Source: Octopus bimaculoides (taxonomy: Eukaryota). Taken from it: a stretch of 64,000 bases of DNA. How positions within the stretch are numbered: position 1 is the stretch's first letter; every line of letters starts with the position of its first letter. The DNA lies in NCBI RefSeq assembly GCF_001194135.2, contig NC_069004.1, forward strand, positions 13,135,835 to 13,199,834, in the 5' to 3' direction. Below the pieces are notes generated by a model that ran no database searches, had not been told where the DNA came from, and saw nothing but the letters and a program-made list of their open reading frames with translations. This document shows, piece by piece, positions 38,539 to 52,012 of the stretch. A program made the translations under genes and the position numbers.

Positions 38539-41500
38539 ATGTGTGTGTGTATGTGTGTATGTGTGTGTGTGTATGTGTGTGTGTGTATGTGTGTGTGTGT
38601 ATGTGTGTGTGTGTGTTTGTTCCTCACCATTGCTTGACAACCAGTATTGAAGTGTTTATGCCCTCATAACTGAGTGGTTCAGCAAAAGAGACTAACAGAA
38701 TAAGTACCAAGCTTGAAGAAAAGTAAATAAATACTTGGGTCAATTCATATGACTAAAATCCTTCAAACTTCTTCAAGGCAATGCCCTAGCATGGCTGCAC
38801 TCTGATGACTGAAACACAACAGATAAAAAACAAAAGATGTCTCTAACACCTTTATATATCTGACAGAAAATAAATGAATCTCGGTCAGAATTTCTGACTG
38901 CATGAGTTTTCACCTGTTTCTTTAACTGGACTACTGGTTCACTGAATTAGCACATGAATGACTGAATATTCTACAGACTAGTGTACTTCTAATGTAATCT
39001 TCAACCAGGGTCAGCATGACACAGCGTGTGACCAGGTTGAATTACAAGTGCAGTCGCTCGACCAGACATCCACATAATTTCTATCTACCCAATTTCATTC
39101 ACAAGGCCTCAGTTTATCCAAAGCTATGGTGAATATGCCACTTGCGCAGTATTCCATGGTTCTGAGTTCAAATCTTGCCAAATTTTATTCTGTCATGGTC
39201 AATAAAATTAATAGCCATCAAGTAACCAGGATCAATTAAATTGTCTTTATCCTCTTATGTCTTTGTTAGGATTAGTTTGTATATATGTCCATGCTATAAA
39301 GTGGTTGGCGTTAGGTAGAGCATCTAGCCATTAAAACCATGTCAAAAGCAAATAATGGAGCACAATGCAGCCCTTGGTCAAACTGCCCAAACCACGGACT
39401 ACAGCCATGCTGGGGTGGTGCCACCTTGAAGACTTTTTAGTTGAATGAATCAACTCCAGTACTTAATTTTTTTTTTTTTTTTTTTGAACCTGATACTTAT
39501 TCTAATGACTCCTTTTGCTGAACTGCTAAGTTATGGGGATGGAAACACACCAACACTGGATGTCAAGTGGTGGTGGGGACAAACACAAACACACATACAC
39601 ATATATAAATACATATACACAACAGTCTCCTTTTAGTTTCTGTCTACCAAATCCACTCACAAGGCTTTGGTTTGTTCAAGGCTATAGTAGATGCCATGCA
39701 GTAGGATTGAACTCAGAATCATATGGCTAGGAAGCAAACTTCTTACCATACAGTCACACCTGCACCTGGATGCAAAATGGCCAGTTCCTGTCAAACCGTT
39801 CAATGATGATGATGAAAACTGATTTAGGTGAGACTTGAACTCAAAACATATACAAAATAAAAAAAGTAAAAAAGAAAAATGCAACCAACTACCAATGCTC
39901 CACTGATTCTATCATCGCTGGCAAAACTTCGAAGTTACAGTCAGAATACCAATCTTTTTTGTATGGTAGACTGCCAGATTCAACATCATATTACTTCATC
40001 CTTGGATTTCTTTAGCAGAATCCACTGTATGCATGTATAGGCAGGAACCCACAAGCCATGGTTTCATTAGGGTGGTTGGTGTTAGGAAGGGCATCCAGCC
40101 ATAAAAACCATGCCAAAACGAACACAGAAGTCTGGTGCAGTTTTCTGCCTGGCCAGCTCCTGCAAAATGGTCCAACCCATGCCAGCATGGAAGGAGGACA
40201 TTAAACGATAACCACGACAATGATGATGATGATGATGATATATATGGATGCATGTGTGTATGTGGAGGTAGTGGGGTGTAACCTTTTTTTTTTTTTTTAA
40301 TATTTCTTATATATTTAATTTAAATTTGATACTTCGGAAATATCAGTTTTCAATTAGACAAATATATCAATTTGGAATGGTTTTCTGCTATTCCAAATTA
40401 CTGTATTTAAAAGGTTCACCCACTTATGAGTAGACTAAATGGCATTGCAAAGATACACCCGCACACACATATTTGTGTATATATATAAATGTATATATAT
40501 GTATGTGTATGTATTTGTGTACATGTATGTGTATGTATATATGTATGTGTGTATATGTATGTGTGTATATGTATGTGTGTGTATACGTATGTGTGTGTAG
40601 ATGCTCTTTTATGTATATTAATGTGTACGTGTGCATACATGTACGAATATACACCCAGATGCACAAACGCAAACACTCTGACACAGCCATGTCGGCAGTT
40701 GTTTTCATGTAATGGTGATAAAGATCTAATGTTTATATTAAACAACCAGTGATCTGTTTACTCTCTGTAATAATAAGCTCACTAAAAAGCTACTTTGGAC
40801 AGCGGGTGTTCACGACAACCAATATTATATACTACACATGGCTACTTATTGAAGAGAGGAAGGCAGAGGTGTAGGTGTTTAACTACTCTTTTTCATCTGA
40901 CACCTCGCACATGCAAGGTTTTTTTCTCTTTTTCCGCTTTCTTTTTTGGCATATTCCATAAGTAGGAGAGAGAAAGAGAGAGACAAACAGACAGAGAGAG
41001 AAAGAGTTCACTTTTAGCTTTCAATGGTTTAACGGTAATTCAAGAGATAATTGAAAGAAAAAATAGATAGAAAGAGAAAAAAAAACTAATATCTTGAATG
41101 AATTTGTGCTGATGCGGCTTAATAAAGCTGAAATGTGACCATACATGGATGTTCTGGTAATAACAAAGGGTCCTATGACAAAACATGGATGCTCTTCTTA
41201 TTTTCCCTCCACTGAGAGAAAAAACCCCCACAAAANNNNNNNNNNNNNNNNNNNNNNNNNNNNNNNNNNNNNNNNNNNNNNNNNNNNNNNNNNNNNNNNN
41301 NNNNNNNNNNNNNNNNNNNNNNNNNNNNNNNNNNNNNNNNNNNNNNNNNNNNNNNNNNNNNNNNNNNNNNNNNNNNNNNNNNNNNNNNNNNNNNNNNNNN
41401 NNNNNNNNNNNNNNNNNNNNNNNNNNNNNNNNNNNNNNNNNNNNNNNNNNNNNNNNNNNNNNNNNNNNNNNNNNNNNNNNNNNNNNNNNNNNNNNNNNNN

Positions 41501-41674
41501 NNNNNNNNNNNNNNNNNNNNNNNNNNNNNNNNNNNNNNNNNNNNNNNNNNNNNNNNNNNNNNNNNNNNNNNNNNNNNNNNNNNNNNNNNNNNNNNNNNNN
41601 NNNNNNNNNNNNNNNNNNNNNNNNNNNNNNNNNNNNNNNNNNNNNNNNNNNNNNNNNNNNNNNNNNNNNNNNNN

Positions 41675-41737
<63 letters not shown>

Positions 41738-42486
41738 GACGGGCTTCTTTCAGTTTCCGTCTACCAAATCCACTCACAAGGCCTTGGTCGGCCTGAGGCT
41801 ATAGTAGAAGACACTTGCCCAAGGTGCCACGCAGTGGGAATGAACCCGGAACCATGTGGTTGGTAAGCAAGCTACTTACCACACAGCTGCTCCTGTGCAC
41901 GTGTAACAATTCATCAAATGTTATTGCCAAAATGATTATTTCAAATTTGAAGCTGTGAAACAGAAATGATTTCATCATCATTGTTTAACATCCGCTTTCC
42001 ATACTGGCATAGATTGGACGGTTTGACTGAAAACTGGTAAGCTAGGGAGCTGCACCAGGTTCCAGTCTGATTTGGGAAGGTTTCTATGGCTGGATGCCTT
42101 TCCTAACACCAACCACTCCAAGAGTGCAATAGGTGCTTTTATGTGCCACTGGCATCGGCCACAACTACAACCTCATTTTCAAAATGGAAAATAAGTAGTT
42201 GGATACCAGTGCACATACAAGAATATGCTATATTAAAAAAAAAAAGTTACAAGCCCCCATTCCCACATTACACTTTGAGGAGAACCTTGGGCTGACCAAA
42301 GCCTTGTGAGTGGATTTGGTAGACAGAGACTTAAAGAAGGCCGTCGTATATATATATGTACGTGTGCGTGTGTGTTCGTACCCCCGCTGTCACATGACAA
42401 CTGATATGTCTCCATAACTGGTATGTTTACATGCCTGTAACATAGCAGTTTGGCAAAAGAGATCAATAGAATAAGTACTATATATA

Positions 42487-42665
42487 GGAGAATTCACAAA
42501 AAAAAAAACAGACAAAGACAGGTGGTGTAAACAACAAATGGTTGTATTAGTATAACGCTCGGGAATAGAGACAGTCTTTAACGTTTCAAGCCTACGCTCT
42601 TCAACAGAAAGGAACACAGATAGAAACAAGGAGAGAAAAAAAATATATGTAGTGGTCAGCGATCT
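42487..42665 (-). mobile_element. About 180-bp Penelope-terminus-like repeat, copy 2, abutting a short (TA)n
   Basis: Colinear with 30958-31140 and ends at the same ggagaa junction. Confidence 0.65.
42576..42611 (-). ncRNA. Minimal type-I hammerhead ribozyme-like motif (U6 core variant)
   Basis: CUUU-CUGUUGAA-GAGC(GUAG)GCUU-GAAA-CGUU-AAAG; palindromic AACGUU in place of stem III. Confidence 0.65.
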
Positions 42666-44067
42666 GTATATATATCAGTGCACAGAAGCATGAAGAACAG
42701 TGCAGAAACACAATAGATATACCCACACACACACACACATGTTAATCAACAAAGGTACACAACTTTCACAAGCCAATGTGGAAGATTCTACATAGTCACT
42801 CAACCGAATAGAAATAGCAACCAAATCTCCCTCAAATCACATCCTACCATCTTAAACAATAAACTACACAACTTTCATAAGCCAATGTGGGAGATTCTAC
42901 ATAGTCTTTCAACTGACTTGAAATAGTAGCCAAATCTCCCTCAAATCACATCCTACCATCTTTAACAAAAAGTTCACAGAGAATGTGAAGTTAGGTTTCC
43001 TGTGTATAATAGATAAAAAAACAGGATGGTTATGGCTGGAATGCCTCTGGTCATAGAACTGTTCAATCAAGGCTCACCTTAATAACAACAACAACAACAT
43101 TATTATTTTTGTTTTTTTACACTGACCAGATTTTTCTGATTTTCATCAGGAAATAGTGTTGTTGCATCATTCTTAAGAATTCATTAATTATGCAGTGCAT
43201 GGAACAGCTGTCAACACTGCCAGATTGTTCCTTTTTTCTTTTTTTTATAACATGTATGTGGTGGTAGTGGTGTTGGTGGCAGGGAGTGCAGATACATAAA
43301 CTCAGACATACCTGCAGGAAAAAGGTGGATGCCAAAATATGCACGCACACATTAAACGGACGATCATATCAACATACATATGAAATGTAGACGTGCATAC
43401 ACACAAACATACACATGGGAACTTGAAACATTTCTTAGCATACTTAAGTCATATAGCCATATATGTAGATACACAACAGTACCATCATGCAAACATATAG
43501 TTCCATAGTCATACATTTATGCATGCATACTATACAGCTAAAATATACGTATACACACACTCACAAATCTGAACATACAAATAAGGTATTACATGCACGC
43601 ACACACCATAAATTTTTAAACATACACATACATATATATATGCAAACACATACATACATATATATATACGTATATATATATACACACATATATATATTCA
43701 CACACACGCATATACAAACATACATATATATACATGAACACATACACACCCACACACATATTCAGACACACATACAAACACACACTGCATTTTATATTCA
43801 AACCATGTTCAGAACAGTTTTCTGAATGTACTTTTATTTCTATAGAGAATAAAATATTCTACAGGCATACTCATACATACACACACACAGAGGCTTACTC
43901 ACAAGCACTCACACACAGTCATCGTACAAATATCTTTAGTAATGAAAAAACAGACACTACTCCGACCACATCCTCTGCTGTGTTACACACAAACACATAC
44001 GGCAGTTAAAACCATTTGTGCAATAGACAGCTTTGCATATATGGGAATACATACAAAACTCTGTGCA

Positions 44068-44190
<123 letters not shown>

Positions 44191-44394
44191 ATGCATTATT
44201 AGGAACAGGTTGTCAGAATTTTGCCAAATATGTCATCAGGTATGACAAGTGAGATGTTTACTTTGCACAAAATGCATTTTTGTTAATTCTTCAACATTTT
44301 CACCTCTGACACACACATATATATGCACATACACACATATATCTATATATATACTTGGCAATCCATTAGTGATGAGGGTCCCAGCTGATTCGAA

Positions 44395-44680
44395 TCAACT
44401 TAACAGCCTGCTCATGATATTGACGTGCAAGTGGATGAACCCTCCATAGACACATGTACCTTTAATTTCAGGGAGATTCAGAGATTCCCCATGACACACA
44501 GAATGTGACAAAGCTGGCCAACTGAATTACATGTACAATTCATTTTTGCAAGCAGAGTGAATTGGAGCAACATGAAATAAAGTGTCTTGCTCAAGGATAC
44601 AACGTACTGCAGAGAATTGAACTCACAATCTTATGATCATGAGCTGAATACTCTAACCACTAAGCCAGGCATCTTCACAC
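44395..44680 (-). mobile_element. SINE family C
   Basis: Reverse complement of the family C body and head. Confidence 0.8.
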
Positions 44681-44799
44681 ACACATAGACAATTTGATGC
44701 AGCCAGACATAGTTGAGTAGTTAGGAAGTGGACAGCAAATACTTTTTATGGGCAATTTGATCTTATATATGTTTTTTAATCGAAATCTTTTAATTGACA

Positions 44800-44961
44800 A
44801 TAAACCTATTTGTTAAATACTGTTAAATAAATAAATGTAAAAATATATGTTATTTTAAGGAAATATTTATGTATAAATTTCATAAGCGTTTCTAAGGGGG
44901 TCCCTAAGGTAAAGCCTGAAATATAAAGGGGTTCGCAAGTCAAAAAGTTTGAAAATCCCTG
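44800..44961. mobile_element. Charlie-like hAT MITE end
   Basis: aagtttgaaaatccctg terminus followed by ctctaaag, resembling the Charlie target NTCTAGAN. Confidence 0.6.
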
Positions 44962-44964
44962 CTC

Positions 44965-45290
44965 TAAAGAATTGGAGAAGTCTACCATGCAATAATTGCT
45001 TCCCATTATATTTATAGACTTCTACAAGAGTGCTGTCAACACCAGCAGCTTTCCCCAGTTTTAAACTCACAGACTGTAGTTACTAGTTCCTCTATATTTG
45101 GTTATAGACCTAAACTGCTGTCTTACTTCCAGAAGCTGTTGGATACATTCCAGAGCCTCACAAGAAACTGTTAAGGGTTGGCATAGAAGCTAAAATGTTC
45201 CTGCCAGTGCTTCATAATATAACTTTTCTTGGTGTAGATGTAAGCAGCCATCCTTACACTTCATCAATAATAATGCTCAAAACCTGAGTA
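44965..45290 (-). mobile_element. RTE LINE RT N-terminal remnant
   Basis: SLKLGKAAGVDSTLVEVYKYNGKQLLHGRLLQF matches LK.GKAAG.D.I..E..K.GG..L...L..LF. Confidence 0.75.
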
Positions 45291-46051
45291 GGTGTGTGTA
45301 TACATATTATGTCATGAAGGCACATGGCATAATGGTTAGGGCGTTGAGATTACAATCATAAGAAAGTTACTTTGATACCTGGACTGGGCAGTGCATTGTG
45401 TCGTTGAGCAAGGCACATAATTTCATGTTATTCCACTATATTCAGTTGAAATTGAGCATCAGCCTAATGCAGGTGCAGCTCACTTTCCTTCCAGCTGTCA
45501 GATCTTGGATGTACCTTCTGGTTTTTTTTTTTGGGGGGGGGTTGCTGTGAATTGTCATCATTGTTGTCGTTGTGCTCCATGCTGACATAGGTTGGACAGT
45601 TTGACAGGATCTGATAGGTCAGTAAACCATTGATCAAGTGGGGTGTAGTATTGAGAGAGGTGACTTACATCAGATGTTGAGAGCCAAGAGTACAGTAGAA
45701 GGACAGGAACAGGTATTTCCAAAAATTTGCTTATGTGGAATTCTTGACTTTCTTTGGAAAAGCAAAAACACATCCATACAAGTAAGCATCATTCAAATTT
45801 CTTTGATTAAAGAATGCAATTTCATATTGAAAATCTTGTATGCACACATTTTTTTCCATTGTGCACTAATTACAAAATTTCAATGCACAAGAAGTGCAGA
45901 CATGACTGTTTGGTAAGAAGCTTGTTTCCCAACCACATGGCTCTTGGTTCAGTCCCACTGCGTGAGACCTTGGGAAAGTGTCTTCTATTATGGTCTTGGG
46001 CCGACCAGAGCCTTGTGAGTGAATTTGGCAGATGGAAACTCAAAGAAGCTC

Positions 46052-46106
<55 letters not shown>

Positions 46107-46307
46107 NNNNNNNNNNNNNNNNNNNNNNNNNNNNNNNNNNNNNNNNNNNNNNNNNNNNNNNNNNNNNNNNNNNNNNNNNNNNNNNNNNNNNNNNNNNNNN
46201 NNNNNNNNNNNNNNNNNNNNNNNNNNNNNNNNNNNNNNNNNNNNNNNNNNNNNNNNNNNNNNNNNNNNNNNNNNNNNNNNNNNNNNNNNNNNNNNNNNNN
46301 NNNNNNN

Positions 46308-46344
<37 letters not shown>

Positions 46345-47127
46345 ACCCTTATAGTCCTCTGAAAACCCAGATGATATTCCTTATAAGGTATTTAAAATGC
46401 AAAAGTATATTTTTATATGTTTTGCAATTTTAATCTTATTTGAGAAATAAAACAATTGTTGGTTAATATGTTGATTAATTGATAAATCAATTTGTATCTC
46501 TGTTTTTTAACTCAATATAAATGTCTGAGATCTTATGATATTCTATATAATATATTCACTGAAGGATTATATCTTCAAAATTTAATGTATTAACCCAGTG
46601 TATCGTGGATAAATATCCTTATAAGAGGTTTAAATATCCCCATTGTGACTAATATAAATATATATATGTATATATATGTGTGTGTGTGTGTGTCTATGTG
46701 TCTTTGCGCCTGTGTTTGTCCCCCACAGTCACTGCTTGTAAACTGGTGTTGATATGTTTAGTTTAGTAATAATGGTTAACAAATTTTTGTGGTTGACTCT
46801 GTTGATGCATTTTGCTGTTAATGTCTTGATAAAGTTGATTTCCTCAAAGCTGTAAGAAATGATAAAGATATCTGTCCTCCACGTTGTGTGTGGGTGCGTG
46901 TGTTTTATAAACTTTGATAGGCAATCAGCTGCAATGACATAAGCGTGCACACAAACGCACATACACACACAAACACACAAAGTGCATTATACAGAGAAAA
47001 TGTGTGTTAGAACATCATACATTGTTCAAGAGACAAAGGCTGAATCTCTAACACACGTACACAAAACCCTGCCTCACCAGTCTTTCTCTCAAACACAAAC
47101 AGCTACACCTAGTGAACTCACTAAAGT

Positions 47128-47790
47128 TAGAGAGAGAGGGGGGAGGGAGAGAGAGAGAGAGAGAGGAGAAAATAGAGAGAGAGGAGAAAATAGAGAGAGA
47201 GGAGAAAATAGAGAGAGAGGGGGAGAGAGAGAGGAGAAAATAGAGAGAGAGGGGGAGACAGAGAGGGAGAGAGAGGAGAAAATAGAGAGAGGGGGGAGAG
47301 GGAGAGAGAGAGGAGAAAATAGAGAGAGGGGGGAGACAGAGAGGGAGAGAGAGAGAGGAGAAAATAGAGAGAGGAGAAAATAGAGAGAGGAGAAAATAGA
47401 GAGAGAGGGGGAGAGAGAGAGGAAGAGAGAGAGGAGAAAATAGAGAGGGGAAGAGAGGGACAGAGGAGAGAGACAGAGGGGGAGAGAGATAGAGAAGGGA
47501 GATATATATATATATATAGAAAGAGAGAGNNNNNNNNNNNNNNNNNNNNNNNNNNNNNNNNNNNNNNNNNNNNNNNNNNNNNNNNNNNNNNNNNNNNNNN
47601 NNNNNNNNNNNNNNNNNNNNNNNNNNNNNNNNNNNNNNNNNNNNNNNNNNNNNNNNNNNNNNNNNNNNNNNNNNNNNNNNNNNNNNNNNNNNAGAGATAG
47701 AGAGGGGGAGAGAGATAGAGAGGGGGAGAGAGATAGAGAGGGGGAGAGAGATAGAATGGAGATAAAGAGATAGAGAATGAGGGAGGTGAA
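47128..47790 (+). repeat. Polypurine GA-rich satellite with recurring GAGAGAGGAGAAAATA units (gap 47530-47692)
   Basis: Direct reading; almost no pyrimidines on the plus strand. Confidence 0.9.
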
Positions 47791-47978
47791 AGAGAGACAA
47801 CTTTTAAGTAATTATTCTTGTCTGACATGTTAGAAACAGCATCTAAGTTCCTATCAAATCCTACGTAAATGGCTCAAAAGAAAACGAAGTAAACATTTGA
47901 TACAGTAAACTATGCTTTAGAAGAAAAACTAAAAAATTCTGCTGAATGAGGGCCGATTATGGGTTTATTTGATCAGGG

Positions 47979-48418
47979 TTGACCTTTTAACATTTAAACC
48001 AACAATATCCAGCCCAAATATTCTACCTGTTTAATCCTTTAGCATTTAAACCAGCCATATCCAGCCCAGATAGTCTATCAGTTTTATGTTCAAACTGGTC
48101 AGATCCAGCTTCTCACACTTACCCAACAATGTCATTCTAAAAATAAACAATCACAGCATTAGAAACTTGAAGCTAAGAGATAATGCATGATTAATTCAAA
48201 ACAATGAGATTAAAAAAAATCATTTAACAGAGGAATTTGGATGCTAAAGGGTTAATGTTCAAACTGGCCAGATCCAGCCTCTCATACCTACCCTACAATA
48301 TCATCCTAAAAATAAACAATTACATCAGCAAAATCTTGAAGCTACGAGATAATGCATGATTGATTGTAAGTAGATATGCATTATATTTGGCAGAGAAATC
48401 TGAATGCTGAAGGGTTAA
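47979..48418. mobile_element. piggyBac-like MITE with a second copy (48031-48255) nested inside it
   Basis: Inner copy flanked by TTAA at 48031-48034 and 48252-48255; the outer body resumes at tgttcaaactggcc. Confidence 0.85.
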
Positions 48419-48595
48419 AGAACAACTAGAATAAGGAATTCCATGCAAAGAGTTTCCATGTCTCCAACAAAGTCCCTTCTGAAATTTGTAGCTCCTAACT
48501 TACAGAATCATAACATGATTGAGCTGGGCTGGGGCTTTGACATGAATATTTTCAACAGGATGCTAAGAATTAACTTGTAAAAAAAAAATTTTGTT

Positions 48596-48760
48596 AGGTG
48601 CGGGTGTAGCTGTGTGGTAAAAAGCTTGCTTCTCAGCCACATGGTTCTGGGTTCAATCCCACTGCATGGCACCTTGAGCAAGTGTCTTCTATTTTAGCTC
48701 CAGATCAACCAAAGCCTTGTGAGTGGACTTGGTAGACAGAAACTGAAAGAAGCCCATTAA

Positions 48761-48801
<41 letters not shown>

Positions 48802-49000
48802 TTTATCCCTCACCACCACATAACTGGTATTGGTGTGTTTATGCCCCCCCGTAACTTAGTAGTTCAGCAAAAGAGACTGAGAGAATAAGAACCAGGCTTC
48901 AAAGAAAAAAGTACTGGGGTTGATTCATTCCACTTAAAATTCTTCAGGGCAGTGCTCCAGCATGGCTGCAGTCTGATGACTGAAACAAGTAAAAGATAAA
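48596..49000 (+). mobile_element. Full-length SINE family A
   Basis: Head, internal (TG)n, and 3' half ending gaaacaagtaaaag. Confidence 0.9.
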
Positions 49001-49884
49001 GGATTGCAAAAACAAAAAAAGAAAGAAAAAAAAAGACAAGTTTATGACAAGATTCAAAGTCTTTTATCTAAGATCTGCTGAAAGACATCAAGATTTGCAC
49101 ATGAAAGCAAGATCTTTGCATCACCCACTGGACACCAAAAACCCTTCGATTCAGCGAGGGAGCCTCTATTACATGGTCAGCTATTTCATATCAGGAAAGA
49201 GCATATTAAATAATGTAAAAACTAGAGGGTACCTACTAAAACAGAATGGTCGAGAGTGGAATGTCTTTGGTCATAGTTTTGCTCCTGGGTCAGGGTGGAG
49301 CTGGGACTCACAACAAGCACAATTATTAAAACACTTAATTATTATCCAATTAAAATAAAAGGAAGGATTACTCAACTATGCTAAGGCAAAAAAGTTAAGG
49401 AGCTTGTCTGTTTTCTTTACTATTTTTTCTTTTTATGAAAATCTATAAATATAACAAAGATGGCTGACTTACACTTAACTCATGTGACCTGAAGCAGAGC
49501 ATTAATGTCAAGTCCCACTCAAGAGTGAGACTCAGGAAAAAGTCCTTCATTTATTATTATTTTTTTTTTCTTTCTAGAACAACCAATTGTACGAAGATAA
49601 ATTTAACACACATTTGACTGCTCTTCACACATACAGTAGCTTATATAGATGAGGAAGCACACACACTCTGCATATGTTTGTACGTAGACACACACACAAG
49701 ATAGTTCAACAATAAAATATATACAAAGTAGATATACAATAGTCACATACAGATACAATAATACATACACAAAGCTGGAGTTCAATAGACACACACAAAT
49801 ACACAGAGTATGGGATATAACAGCCTTAAACACAAAACTTCAGAGAAAAATTACCATGTCATGCAATTTTATGTATTATATTTG

Positions 49885-50720
49885 CTATTTGCAGACAACA
49901 TGTTGCTACTTGACTAATCAGAAGGCAGTTTCTAGCATGTACTGAATGGAGGATCACTGCTGAGTGCTGCAAGGCAGGGGTGAAAATTAGTGTTCCAAAG
50001 ACTGAGATATTGGTTCTCTCAAGAAAGTCTTCCCAGTACATTCTGCAAATTAGTGGAATGTCACCGAGGCAAGTAGAGAAGTTTAAGTATCTCAGGGCTA
50101 TGTTCATGAGAGATGGGAAGCAGAAGGCTGAAATGGATGCCAGAATTGTAGGTACTGGCACAGTAATGCACCAACTCCAGCATTCAATCCTGAGAAGAGA
50201 AGAAGTTGGTAAAAAAAGCCAAACTCATAATCTTTAATTTGGTTTTTGTGCCTATCCTCAGCTATGGTAATGGATGTTGGGTATTGAACAAAAAAATATG
50301 ATCACAGATACAAGTAGCTGAAATAGGGTTCCTCCAAAGGGTCTCTGGTATAATGTTACTCAACAGTGTGCATAGCTTGGAGATCAGGCAGTCTCTCCAG
50401 GTGAAGTTGCTACTTCTCTGCATTGAGAGATCACAGCTACAGTCCAACGAATATGTGATTCGAATGTCATGGGTAAGAATTGCAAGATGGATTCTTCAAG
50501 CCAGCCAACTAGCAGGAGAACTAGAGCTACACCAAAAACGAAATGGCTGGATAATATCTATAGTCTCAGTTGGTCACATTAGGGAATCCATCCAGAACAC
50601 TTCATGGTGGTTGCTTCTGATAGAATCCTATAGAAGATGTGCATAAGGACTCTATCCCCATGATCCTTCCAGGAGTAATAGGCAGATGGATGGATGATAT
50701 ATTTTATATAATAGGCACTT
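49885..50720 (+). mobile_element. RTE-clade (Rex3/Expander-like) LINE reverse transcriptase remnant
   Basis: LLFADNM.. then MKISVPKTEILVLSRK..QVEKFKYLR..EMDARIVG, with stops and frameshifts. Confidence 0.85.
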
Positions 50721-51452
50721 TTATAAACCATAGAATCAATGTTGATAGGTTTCCAACAAGTCAATCACTGGCTCATGGCAACAGAGGTATGGTGCAACTA
50801 GGGAGGAATAAATAATATCACAAGGTATTTTTGTTTGATGCACCAACTGACCAGAAATTTCTTGACAAGATTCATATATTTTTACCAGCACATATATGCA
50901 CATATGAAGAGCTTTCAACATTTTCCATTCAGTAAATTTCACTCAAGCTATTCGTCAATTCAAGGCAATATGAGAAGACATATGTCATTGGATCAAATCT
51001 GGAACCTACTGGGGGTAAAACAAACTTCTTAAGCACACAGCTGTGCTTACTCACATATAAAGGGAACAAGCTGGCACAATTGTTAGTGCACTGGACAAAA
51101 TGCTGAGTGATGTTTCTTTCAGCTTTATGATCTGAGTTTAAATGCAGTTGAGATTGACTTTACCTTTCGTTCTTTTGGGTTAATAAAATAAGTTAAGCAT
51201 TGGGGTTGATGTTAACTTAACTCTTCCCCTGAAATTATTGGCCTTGCACCAAAATTTGAAACCATTATGTGTGTGTGGTTTGGATTGTTTTTGAAGCATG
51301 GAAAAATTTCAAAGTAAATCTTCATGAAGTTCCTCAAATGCATTTGTAGCTTCTAAGTAAAAGCTCATGATATACCAAGTAAAAAGATCTTTTAGCACGG
51401 AAGTAGATAAAGTCATCCATGGGAATTAAACCATGTGTCTACCATAGACTGA

Positions 51453-51837
51453 GTGGAGGCGCAATGGCCCAGTGGTTAGGGCAGCGGACTCGCGGTCATA
51501 GGATCGCGGTTTCGATTCTCAGACCGGGCGTTGTGAGTGTTTATTGAGCAAAAACACCTAAAGCTCCACGAGGCTCCAGCAGGGGGTGATGGCGAACCCT
51601 GCTGTACTCTTCCACCACAACTTTCTCTCACTCTTACTTCCTGTTTCTGTTGTGCCTGTAATTCAAAGGGTCAGCCTTGTCATACTGTGTCATGCTGAAT
51701 ATCCCAGAGAACTACGATAAGGGTACACGTGTCTGTGGAGTGCTCAGCTACTTGCACGTTAATTTCACGAGCAGGCTGTTCCATTGATCGGATCAACCTG
51801 AACCCTCGAAGTCATAAGCGACGGAGTGCCAACAACA
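51453..51837 (+). mobile_element. Young full-length SINE family C with 12-bp TSD
   Basis: tRNA-like head, CpG-rich body, (CAA)n tail; accatagactga at 51441-51452 and 51838-51849. Confidence 0.95.
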
Positions 51838-52012
51838 ACCATAGACTGAACAACTGTGATACCACTCTGTCAGCAAGAATTAACTTTTAACCATGAAATT
51901 AAAAGGCTGTGTTCATTCTGGATCATATCTTAGAAACATTTGAAATTCGAAAGTAAATCTTTTATTAAAGTTGCATAAATGCAATTTTACTGACAACTCT
52001 TTTGTTTTGTAG

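Noticed and set aside
38786-38820. ctgatgactgaaac (also at about 48974) as a hammerhead core
   Set aside because: A variant of the SINE A 3' end (caaatgactgaaac); no stem II
47048-47828. Leu/Ser-rich and Arg/Glu-rich ORFs of 133-250 aa
   Set aside because: Translations of the GA satellite and a gap
49044-49358. 104-aa ORF
   Set aside because: Overlaps decayed SINE family F sequence; no domain
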